A stretch of 63,193 bases of DNA, taken from NCBI RefSeq assembly GCF_006345805.1, contig NW_021833442.1:1-63193 (forward strand), read 5' to 3'. Under the pieces are notes generated by a model that searched no databases, had not been told where the DNA came from, and worked only from the letters and a program-made list of their open reading frames with translations. This document shows, in pieces, positions 26,201 to 37,600 of this stretch. The number at the start of each line of letters is the position of its first letter. Within the stretch, counting starts at the first letter, position 1. This DNA comes from Octopus sinensis (Eukaryota). The translations under genes were made by a program, and so were the position numbers.

Positions 26201-26735
26201 GGTACCTGTCAGACAGTTGGAAACGTCTGAGCAGGTCTTTGAGGCATTTGCATCCCCTTCTATTGCTATCTCTGCCCACGTAGTCTAGATGCGTGTCCAG
26301 GGTGGCATTCCAATCCCCCACTAAAAGTAAAGGACGAGACGTTCCCATGAAAGACTCTAGACGTCGGAAGAAATCTGGTCGGCCTGTTAAGGACGGAGCA
26401 TAAACTGCTATCAGTCGAAAAGCACACTCATTGCTGCCATCGACATCCAAAACGACCAGCCTACCCCCCGGGTCTAGGAAATTTGCTCTTACTTTGAGAT
26501 CCAGACTCTTCCGGATAAGCACCGCGGTGCCACCTCCGCCCATTCTCGGTAGACACGGAGAAAAATGAATGTTGAAATGTGTACCGAAAATGTGCTGGAG
26601 TGCCCGCAAGCTGTGGAGTCTGGTCTCACTGATGGCTATGATATTCAGATTTAGTGACTTGATGTCATTTAACAGGTAGCCTTGTTTCCAAGGCGACCCC
26701 AAGCCACGTACATTTATACTACCTATTCTGAGCAT
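23298..26735 (-). CDS. LINE ORF2: apurinic-type endonuclease + reverse transcriptase + C-terminal zinc finger (Tx1/L1-like), 1,145 aa from the ATG at 26,735
   Basis: APE motifs SINVRG, ISETRL, VYAP, VGDWNA, YLDRV, TDHK; RT motifs KSPGLDGL, FRPITLLNADLKILAK, LDQSKAFDRVDH (Tx1-like), RQGCPLS, YADD (24,672-24,683), LLGV; C-terminal CPRCGQSDETVLHALVQC; no internal stop. Confidence 0.96.
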   Translation of the reverse strand: MLRIGSINVRGLGSPWKQGYLLNDIKSLNLNIIAISETRLHSLRALQHIFGTHFNIHFSPCLPRMGGGGTAVLIRKSLDLKVRANFLDPGGRLVVLDVDGSNECAFRLIAVYAPSLTGRPDFFRRLESFMGTSRPLLLVGDWNATLDTHLDYVGRDSNRRGCKCLKDLLRRFQLSDRYRLDHPNVPMWTWSNRIGSSRSYLDRVFCRTIDKNSVGCPQFHIVSYTDHKFVTCTLDLDKTHRQGPGYWKLNASFTARQVYRDRISTLVKRALTGTIINNRWWYALKKAIKAESVRYSRALALDRNRVEGELVKVLEEALRTGIASNVLAARLALDQHLNAKHEGCVVRARMRALRNEGVGAAQEARVVETQRGNRATIKSLIDEQGRELLEPKRMCGVFQQHFTQLFGTSGESESRVDFSAYLHALPRLSAREVESCEKPITAADVQDAMVGCARDKSPGLDGLPYEFYFHMPDLFGGVLAAVYCNWQQNGSIPAFVKRGAVALIKKDPNKGDVIDNFRPITLLNADLKILAKVLAERLALVIKKLIDKAQTCAVPGRSIHDNLHLMRYIIDRVVKNPGMGGALINLDQSKAFDRVDHHYLEAVLKAAGFGPVFRGWIAALYSGIRSVVRVNGHLSRPFNIMRSVRQGCPLSSLLYVLTLEPLLRKLATLRGIPRELGCGRSVSAYADDVTVIVSSYEHIELVGETLKEYEAVTGAKINREKSVGLRLGTWRSKPMPSNSVSIVGRWTDGPVKLLGVWFGPDLQMEKNWGEITTRVATLTQKWTERKLSLKGRAEVANAYIASVIEYRLTVVPCPDPTITKLERILFRFLWKGNVPMVRRSICCQHPLNGGLGMPWLMMRRHALRLRHLRRFIDNGEQGWSPFVRRAFPQLVSLDELQSWIKQRPRLGEWHRECRVALKQLCRPGSNLCDSITTKAFYRGLVEGRCDDELGQSLGVDEEHLTRLFRTTFGPGPMNNHQRSLAWQCYREALPVRDKLYRHGSRHTGPTCPRCGQSDETVLHALVQCPTISDLWAYAERLLSRVGRIRLSAESIVRIAPPPSLNREGKAVFIVLVAMVKECVWWTRAKGLETNTYLSGQSLINFFKYHLKRKVRMEREVLSRERFKKRWVNVAKMVRASNETILSMIL

Positions 26736-26824
26736 GTTCCGATAAAAGTGCAAAAAAGGAAAAGGAGAGAGAAAAGGTTACTTGTCTTTCGGAAGTTCTT
26801 TGTCTTTCACCTCACGGTCTTCTT

Positions 26825-28929
26825 CTATGAGGCTTTTGTACAGTTTTTTGATGAGTACTTTTGAAATCTCCCTACTGCATCAGGGTAAAGAGATTTCAGG
26901 GTGCTGTATGTGTTCTGTGTCACGTGTATTATTTTAATGTGTTGTGGTGGTGTTGTGTGTGGGTGGTTACTTGTTTTTATGTCGTTTTCAGTAATGTTAG
27001 TGTTTGACCTAATGTGTTCCATTAGGTCGTGGTTGTTTGTGTTTATGGCTGTCAACATTTTTGGGGGGTTTGATGATGGTGTGTTTGTGTTGATGTGTGT
27101 GTTTTCTGTGGATGTTTTTGTTTCGGGAGTGGTGTATCTTCCCGCTTTGTTTTATTTTTTTTTTTCTTTTTTTTTTTCCCCTTTTTCTTCTCCCCCCTGT
27201 GGCTATTTGCCAATCTTCCGTGTCTTCTTCGTCTAATGACAGATCAGACGAATCGGAGTCTGGAAGAGGGAAAGTATTGGGGTCTATTGTCGACTGTGTT
27301 GGTTTGTTGTTGGTGTTGGTTGGTGAGCGTTTGGTTGTGGTGTATGCGGTTTTGGATGTGGGGTTTGGGTATTTTGTGTTTGAGTGATTGTGGGTATTGT
27401 TGTGTTGTTTAGGGTCTCAATTTTGTGGGGATTTGGAGTTGTAATTGTTTCTTCATTTATGCTGGGTGTCTTTTTGGCAGATGTCCTTGGTTTGGGAGTT
27501 GGTATATTCTTGGTTGTTGTTGTTGGTGATGCTGCTTCTGTTCTTGGTGCTGCAGTTGGTGTGGTTGTTTGTTTGGTGAGGTTTGTTCCTGCAAAAAGTG
27601 GTGTGGGTAGTAAACCTTGTTTATTTGTTTTTGTTGTTTCCGGCTGCTGTTGTTGTTGCTGTTGTTTTCTTGCGGCAGATTTGCAGTCTTTTTTGAGATG
27701 TTGCTCACTGCCGCATATGTAACAACGTGGTCTTCTGCCATCGACGACCACATATAACTTGTGGTCGTCTGATACACATATCTGGGTGGGTATTTTTTTT
27801 TTTTATCTTCATGATGTATATGTAGAAGAAATTCTATTTTCTTTCCCACCCAGTTTTTATGCTCTGTGACTGTGGTTTCCAAAATAGTATAATTCGCCAT
27901 TTTTACGCATAAAGCCTTTACAAGCCATAGACTATTGGCTATTTTGGGGACATTGTTTAGAGTGATCTTAGTCACTTTCTGTCCCCGATAGCTTGGTGTA
28001 AGTTGGAGTTCATCTGAGTGAAGAGTTAGCGTTGAGAAATGTCTAGCTAACTCTTCGGTGTAGAAAACGACTTGTATGTGGGCAAATTTGTTCCACCAGG
28101 TTTCATATTCTTTGTGATCCCAGATGGGTTTCAAGCACTTCTCTATTTGCCTGTGTTGGCCTTCTCTGGGATTTTTGTTTTTTTGTTAACTATTTTATAA
28201 ATGATTGTTCGTCTTTTTTCATTTTCCAAAATATCTTCTGGTATGTTAATTTTTACGATACCTTCTGATTCTGTTATTTTGATGTTCGTGTCCTGTAATT
28301 GTTGAGCCGTAAAGTATATTGTTGTTTTTTTTTCTTTAATCGCCTCAGCGAAATTTGTTGTTGTTTTGTTATTGTTTTTGCTTGTGGTGATGTTGTTGTT
28401 GGCTGCAGTTTGTAAAATTGGTGTGTTAGGTTCGATCGTGCAAGTAGGAAGGGGTGGAAAATTGCCTGCGTACTTTAGTCCTGCACTAGGGCAAAATTCG
28501 ACATTTCGTTTGCTTGTCGTCGTTATTTTTTCACTTGTTGGTGATGGAGTGAGCAGTGGTTTGAAGGGAATTGTTGTTGTCGTCGTCGTTGTTGTTGTTG
28601 TTATTGTCGTTCTTGGTGACGGCGGTGGTGTTGGTAGTATTAGTAGCATTGACAGCACGGTCTTTGGTGACGGTGATGGTGATGTTATTGGTGGCGATGT
28701 CTTTAGTAGGGATAGCAGTTTTAGTAGCAGATTCTGCCATGGTGTTGGTGGTGGTGGTGGACTCACTGATGGTGTTGACGGTGCTTGGCCTTGCGACCTT
28801 TGTTTTGTATTTGTTGCTGTTGGTGGTGGTGGAGTTGTCAGGTTCGGCGTATGCTAACAGGGCATCCTGTTTTTCTGTTTCTGCGTCACGCTTCACTTGC
28901 AACTTAGCCTCGTGGTGGCCAGTGGCCAT
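26825..28929 (-). pseudogene. LINE ORF1 (Thr/Pro/Asn-rich, one CCHC zinc knuckle), split by at least four frameshifts
   Basis: ATG at 28,929 in aaaATGG context; pieces join to ...IVNK/KNPREGQHRQIEKCLKPIW...HEDKKK/IPTQICVSDDHKLYVVVDGRRPRCYICGSEQHLKKDC (CX2CX4HX4C); two shifts map to A7 (~28,180) and A12 (~27,795) runs. Confidence 0.8.
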
Positions 28930-29150
28930 TTTGGAATAAATGGCTAAATGAAACCACGAAGGCTATGAGAATTTTTTCTTTTTTTAAATTTTGCCCACAG
29001 GGGCAAATTTGTGTTGATATTTATCAAAGGTTACAGTGGATTTGTTGTACAACTTTTAAGCAAAAAATGTTTGTCAATATACACTTTTAAATAGTCAAAA
29101 TAAATGATTACCTTCGGAGCCGAAACGACATCACATCCGTCAGTCAGAGA

Positions 29151-29240
29151 AGATAGATAGATAGATAGATGGTAGAGGGATAGATAGATAGATAGATAGA
29201 TAGTCATGGGTAGAGGGATAGATAGATAGATAGATAGATT

Positions 29241-29274
<34 letters not shown>

Positions 29275-29336
29275 GGGAGAGGGATAGATAGATAGATAGA
29301 TAGATAGATAGTAGATAGATAGATAGATGGGTAGAG

Positions 29337-29399
<63 letters not shown>

Positions 29400-29442
29400 G
29401 GGTAGAGGGATAGATAGATAGATAGAGATAGATGGGTAGAGG

Positions 29443-29485
<43 letters not shown>

Positions 29486-29494
29486 GGGTAGAGG

Positions 29495-29557
<63 letters not shown>

Positions 29558-29631
29558 GGGTAGAGGGATAGATAGATAGATAGATAGATAGATGGGTAGA
29601 GGGATAGATAGATATATATATATATATATAT

Positions 29632-29726
<95 letters not shown>
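29151..29726. repeat. (GATA)n array with TGGGTAGAGGGA interruptions, right flank of the LINE
   Basis: Visible. Confidence 0.95.
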
Positions 29727-29727
<1 letters not shown>

Positions 29728-29751
29728 ATGGATGCGTGGCGTTCAATAATA

Positions 29752-30008
29752 TACTCTTTTACTCTTTTGCTCTTTTACTTGTTTCAGTCATTTGACTACA
29801 GTCATGCTGGAGCACCATGTGAATGTGTGTGTGTGCGCGCGCGTGCGTGCGTGTGTGTGCGTGTGCGTGTGTGTGTGTGTGCGTGTGTGTGTGTGTGAGT
29901 GTGTGTGATCTGTTTTTCCTGCATCATGTATAGTGTATACTTCTTTGATATAAATGGCCGCAGTCAAATGACTGAAACAAGTAAAAGAGTAAGAGAATAA
30001 AAGAGTAA
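29752..30008. mobile_element. Two SINE-A tails in inverted orientation flanking a short rearranged segment
   Basis: ctcttttacttgtttcagtcatttgact (minus tail) pairs with agtcaaatgactgaaacaagtaaaagag (plus tail). Confidence 0.75.
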
Positions 30009-30077
30009 TACCATACTAAATTCTGGTGCCTCAACTTGACTACCATATTCACCTGAATCTAAATTTTTACTTATATA

Positions 30078-30525
30078 TCCCTATATATATAAACGGCAAA
30101 ATGTTCGTGTATGTGTGTGTGTGTGTCCTTTATACAAATACCCAATTTTTTACTTAGAGAGCTCGCACTTTCTATTGGTCATTCAAAACCGTCCAAGGGT
30201 GGTCGTGCACATCTTTACATTTCCCCAGTCACCCCGCAAAGTCGTTAAAAAATCAATAGAAGTGACTTTTGTGAATTTTCTATCCAAAACCCAATCAAAA
30301 TGCCCGAAACTTGATACGCCAATTGAATGCCAGCTAGCTGTATGTGATTGGTCGGAGATTCGGACAGTACTCGCGTGTATGTGTGCATGCACGCAGCGGT
30401 ATATGAATGAGACCAGCTAACAATCGTTTAACTCTGTATAGTCTTCTACTGAACTGAACAGTTGAATAACCTGGAAATTTTTCCGAGTAATCTGTTCAGC
30501 CAGTGATTGCGCATGCGCTTCCTAG
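30078..30525 (+). mobile_element. Candidate non-autonomous Helitron-like element
   Basis: A|TCcctatatatataaa start followed by (TG)n, as in many non-autonomous Helitron 5' ends; palindrome gcgcatgcgc then CTAG|T at 30,522-30,526. The 3' boundary is uncertain. Confidence 0.4.
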
Positions 30526-31654
30526 TTAATTTGCCTTGATGCATTTGAGCTCTTCTATAGTATATATACATATATAATGTCTACTTGGCCATAGTAACAA
30601 CCTGACAAACATACATCTCTATATATTAACTGAGTAATTCGTTTGACATTATTTCAGCAGTACCTCTGAGGTTGCCCAATAAGGCTCACATAAATCTCGA
30701 GTTGTCTACTGTACTTCCCGATAAAACCAGAAATGAGCAAATAATACTAGTAACATCGACAGACACTATCTTTCTCTCGCTGCATATTTTGATCATATTT
30801 TAGCTTTTTATGTTACGTGCAAGCATTAGATGTGTTATTACCTACTTAACTACATTTTAACTATCTCCCAATCACAACAATAACGGCATGTTTTGCGCCA
30901 TTGTCGTGCGCATTAAGAGGTTATTAACATCTTACGTTTTCTTGATGTCACTGCGTTTATGGCAGGCAAATTCTGGCGAAGTTATATCAAAGAAGTATAC
31001 ATTACACATGATGCAGGAAAAACAGATCACACACACACGCACACACACGCACACACGCACACACACGCACACACAGTAACACAGACACACATACACACAT
31101 TCGCGCGCGCAAGCACCAATATACACAGATGCATAGATATACACGTGCAAACGAACCCATATACATGTATGCACACTCACACACACACACGTGCGCATAC
31201 GCATCTGCATACATATACATGTACACACGTAGGCTAGAGACGGATATTAATACAAATATTATACTCCTGTTATATGTATACGTATGCTTGAAAACCCAGG
31301 TACACGCACACACACACACACACATACACACACATACACACACGCATACACATACTACTACACTCATACTCATGCTTTACTACTGTTGCCACCGACATCG
31401 TTTTCTACGGGTGTATAACTAAACTCCCGAAACGATACGATTCTAACAACCAAAATGAGTACACCAGTCCGAATATATCAGTCTATAATAATGGAAATTT
31501 CACATCTCAAAAATACAGACAAGATCAAATATATATCTAACGATCAATGACCAGTATGCACCAATAAATTAATAAATAAATAAACAAATAAATATCAGTG
31601 GATTTAGAAATTCGTGTGCAAGGAAATTAATATACAATATAGCATAGCCTATTA

Positions 31655-34600
31655 TACACCATGTGTATTGAACTGTGTAGCAAATACACAATGTGAATGA
31701 ACTAATGTGAAGCATATACACCATGTGAATGATCTAATGTGTAACATATACACCATATGAATGATCTAATGTGTAACATATACACAATGTGAATGATCTA
31801 ATGTGTAACATATACACCATATGAATGATCCAATGTGTAACGTATACACCATATGAATGTTCCAATGTGTAACATATACACCATGTGAATGATCTAATGT
31901 GTAACATATACACCATATGAATGATCCAATGTGTAACATATACACAAAGTGAATGATCTAATGTGTAACATATACACCATGTGAATGATCTAATATGTAA
32001 CATATACACCATATGAATGATCCAATGTGTAACATATACACCATGTGAATGATCTAATGTGTAGCATATACACCATGTGAATGATCTAATGTGTAACATA
32101 TACACAATGTGAATGATCTAATGTGTAACATGTACACAATGTGAATGATCTAATGTGTAACATATACACAATGTGAATGATCTAATGTGTAACATATACA
32201 CAATGTGAATGATCTAATGTGTAACATATACACAATGTGAATGATCTAATGTGTAACATATACACAATGTGAATGATCTAATGTGTAACATATACACAAT
32301 GTGAATGATCTAATGTGTAACATATATACCATGTGAATGATCTAATGTGTAACATATACACCATGTGAATGATCTAATGTGTAACATATACACCATGTGA
32401 ATGATCTAATGTGTAGCATATACACCATGTGAATGATCTAATGTGTAACATATACACAATGTGAATGATCTAATGTGTAACATATACACAATGTGAATGA
32501 TCTAATGTGTAACATATACACAATGTAAATGATCTAATGTGTAACATATACACCATGTGAATGATCTAATATGTAACATATACACCATGTGAACGATCTA
32601 ATGTGTAGCATATACAGCATGTGAATGATCTAATGTGTAACATATACACCATGTGAATGATCTACTGTGTAACATATACACCATGTGAATGATCTAATGT
32701 GTAACATATACACCGTGTGAATGATCTAATGTGTAACATATACACCATGCGAATGATCTAATGTGTAACATATACACCATGTGAATGATCTAATGTGTAA
32801 CATATACACCATGTGAATGATCTAATGTGTAACATATACACCGTGTGAATGATCTAATGTGTAACATATACACCATGTGAATGATCTAATGTGTAACATA
32901 TACACCGTGTGAATGATCTAATGTGTAACATATACACCGTGTGAATGATCTAATGTGTAACATATACACCATGTGAATGATCTAATGTGTAACATATACG
33001 CCGTGTGAATGATATAATGTGTAACATATACACCATGTGAATGATCTAATGTGTAACATATACACCGTGTGAATGATCTAATGTGTAACATATACACCAT
33101 GTGAATGATCTAATGTGTAACATATACACCGTGTGAATGATCTAATGTGTGACATGTACACCATGTGAATGATATAATGTGTAACATATACACCATGTGA
33201 ATGATCTAATGTGTAACATATACACCGTGTGAATGATCTGATGTGTAACATATACACCACGTGAATGATATAATGTGTAACATATACACCATGTGAATGA
33301 TCTAATGTGTAACATATACACCGTGTGAATGATGTAATGTGTAACATATACACCATGTGAATGATCTAATGTGTAACATATACACCGTGTGAATGATCTA
33401 ATGTGTAACATATACACAATGTGAATGATCTAATGTGTAACATATACACCATGTGAATGATCTAATGTGTAACATATACACAATGTGAATGATCTAATGT
33501 GTAACATATACACCATGTGAATGATCTAATGTGTAACATATACACAATGTGAATGATCTAATGTGTAACATATACACCATGTGAATGATCTAATGTGTAA
33601 CATATACACCATGTGAATGATCTAATGTGTAACATATACACCATGTGAATGATCTAATGTGTAGCATATACACAATGTGAATGATCTAATGTGTAACATA
33701 TACACCATGTGAATGATCTAATGTGTAACATATACACCATGTGAATGATCTAATGTGTAACATATACACCATGTGAATGATCTAATGTGTAGCATATACA
33801 CAATGTGAATGATCTAATGTGTAGCATATACACAATGTGAATGATCTAATGTGTAACATATACACAATGTGAATGATCTAATGTGTAACATATACACCAT
33901 GTGAATGATCTAATGTGTAACATATACACCGTGTGAATGATGTAATGTGTAACATATACACAATGTGAATGATCTAATGTGTAACATATACACAATATGA
34001 ATGATCTAATGTGTAGCATATACACCATATGAATGATCTAATGTGTAACATATACACCATGTGAATGATCTAATGTGTAACATATACACAATGTGAATGA
34101 TCTAATGTGTAACATATACACCATGTGAATGATCTAATGTGTAAAATATACACCATATGAATGATCTAATGTGTAACATATACACCATGTGAATGATCTA
34201 ATGTGTAACATATACACAATGTGAATGATCTAATGTGTAACATATACACCATGTGAATGATCTAATGTTTAACATATACACAATGTGAATGATCTAATGT
34301 GTAACATATACACCATGTGAATGATCTAATGTGTAACATATACACCATGTGAATGATCTAATGTGTAAAATATACACAATGTGAATGATCTAATGTGTAA
34401 CATATACACCATATGAATGATCTAATGTGTAACATATACACCATATGAATGATCTAATGTGTAACATATACACCATGTGAATGATCTAATGTGTAACATA
34501 TACACCATGTGAATGATCTAATGTGTAACATATACACAATGTGAATGATCTAATGTGTAACATATACACAATGTGAATGATCTAATGTGTAACATATACA

Positions 34601-37600
34601 CAATGTGAATGATCTAATGTGTAACATATACACCATGTGAATGATCTAATGTGTAACATACACCATGTGAATGATCTAATGTGTAACATATACCCATGTG
34701 AATGATCTAATGTGTAACATATACACAATGTGAATGATCTAATGTGTAACATATACACATGTGAATGATCTAATGTGTAACATATACACAATGAATGATC
34801 TAATGTGTAACATATACACAATGTGAATGATCTAATATGTAACATATACACCATGTGAATGATCTAATGTGCAACATATACACCATGTGAATGATCTAAT
34901 GTGTAACATATACACAATGTGAATGATCTAATGTGTAACATATACACCATGTGAATGATCTAATGTGTAACATATACAAAATGTGAATGATCTAATGTGT
35001 AACATATACACCATGTGAATGATCTAATGTGTAACATATACACCATGTGAATGATCTAATGTGTAGCATATACACAATGTGAATGATCTAATGTGTAGCA
35101 TATACACAATGTGAATGATCTAATGTGTAACATATACACAATGTGAATGATCTATGTGTACATATACACCATGTGAATGATCTAATGTAACATATACACC
35201 ATGTGAATGATCTAATGTGTACATATACACAATGTGAATGATCTAATGTGTAGCATATACACAATGTGAATGATCTAATGTGTAGCATATACACAATGTG
35301 AATGATCTAATGTGTAACATATACAAGGTGTGAATGATGTAATGTGTAACATATACACCATATGAATGATCTAATGTGTAACATATACACCATATGAATG
35401 ATCTAATGTGTAACATATACACCACGTGAATGATCTAATGTGTAACATATACACAATGTGAATGATCTAATGTGTAACATATGCACCATGTGAATGATCT
35501 AATGTGTAACATATACACCATATGAATGATCTAATGTGTAACATATACACCATGTGAATGATCTAATGTGTAACATATACAACATGTGAATGATCTAATG
35601 TGTAACATATACACCATGTGAATGATCTAATGTGTAACATATACACCATGTGAATGATCTAATGTGTAACATATACACCATGTGAATGATCTAATGTGTA
35701 ACATATACACAATGTGAATGATCTAATGTGTAACATATACACCATGTGAATGATCTAATGTGTAACATATACACCATGTGAATGATCTAATGTGTAACAT
35801 ATACACCATGTGAATGATCTAATGTGTAACATATACACAATGTGAATGATCTAATGGGTAACATATACACCATATGAATGATCTAATGTGTAACATATAC
35901 ACCATGTGAATGATCTAATGTGTAACATATACACCATATGAATGATCTAATGTGTAACATATACACCATATGAATGATCTAATGTGTAACATATACACCA
36001 TGTGAATGATCTAATGTGTAACATATACACCGTGTGAATGATGTAATGTGTAACATATACACCATATGAATGATCTAATGTGTAACATATACACAATGTG
36101 AATGATCTAATGTGTAACATATACACCATATGAATGATCTAATGTGTAACATATACACCATGTGAATAATGTAATGTGTAACATATACACAATGTGAATG
36201 ATCTAATGTGTAACATATACACCATATGAATGATCTATTGTGTAACATATACACAATGTGAATGATCTAATGGGTAACATATACACCATATGAATGATCC
36301 AATGTGTAACATATGCACCATTTGCATGATCTAATGTGTAATATATACACCATGTGAATGATCTAATGTGTAACATATACACCATGTGAAAGATCTAATG
36401 TGTAGCATATACACCATATGAATGATCTAATGTGAAGCATATACAAAATGTGAATGATCTAATGTGTAACATATACACCATATGAATGATCTAATGTGTA
36501 ACATATACACCATGTGAATGATCTAATGTGTAACCTATACACAATGTGAATGATCTAATGTGTAGCATATACAAAATGTGAATGATCTAATGTGAAGCAT
36601 ATACAAAATGTGAATGATCTAATGTGTAACATATACACCATGTGAATGATCTAATGTGTAACATATACACCATGTGAATGATCTAATGTGTAGCATATAC
36701 ACCATATGAATGATCTAATGTGAAGCATATACAAAATGTGAATGATCTAATGTGTAACATAACACACCATAATGATATATATGTGTAACATATATACACC
36801 ATGTGAATGATCTAATGTGTAACATATACAGAATGTGAATGATCTAATGTGAAGCATATACAAAATGTGAATGATCTAATGTGTAACATATACACCTATG
36901 AATGATCTAATGTGTAACATATACACAATGTGAATGATCTAATGTGTAACATATACACAATGTGAATGTCTAATGTGTAGCATATACACAATGTGAATGA
37001 TCTAATATGTAGCATATACACAATGTGAATGATCTAATGTGTAGCATATACACAATGTGAATGATCCATGTGTAACATATACACCATATGAATGATCTAA
37101 TGTGTAACATATACACCATGTGAATGATCTAATGTGTAACACATACACCATGTGAATGATCTAATGTGTAGTATATACACCATATGAATGTTCTATGTGT
37201 AGCATATACACCATATGAATGATCTAATGTTTAGCATATACACAATGTGAATGATCTAATGTGTAACATATACACCATATGAATGATCTAATGTGTAAAA
37301 TATACCCATATGAATGATTTAATGTGTAGCATATACACCATATGAATGATCTCATGTGTAGCATATACACAATGTGAATGATCTAATGTGTAACATATAC
37401 ACCATGTGAATGATCTAATGTGAAGCATATATACAATGTGAATGATCTAATGTGTAACATATACAAATGTGAATGATCTAATATGTCATATACACCATAT
37501 GAATGATCTAATGTGTAGCATATACACGATGTGAATGATCTAATGTGTAACATATGCACCATATGAATGATCCAATGTGTAGCATATACACAATGTGAAT

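Larger units (their letters stand above)
22997..29150 (-). mobile_element. Apparently full-length L1/Tx1-clade non-LTR retrotransposon (~6.15 kb)
   Basis: ~220-bp 5' UTR, ORF1 region, intact ORF2, ~300-bp 3' UTR with AATAAA (23,004-23,009 on minus), then (TATC)n; both ends abut the same type of GATA array. Confidence 0.9.

Noticed and set aside
29105-29150. Ribozyme at the LINE 5' end (ctgacgga...gtttcgg on minus)
   Set aside because: Does not fit hammerhead or HDV-like topology by inspection.
34640-35240. Cluster of 1-3-bp-short satellite units (also 36,750-37,490) as a distinct subfamily
   Set aside because: Scattered indels that are absent from the duplicated partner block (for 36.7-37.5 kb) look like long-read consensus errors.
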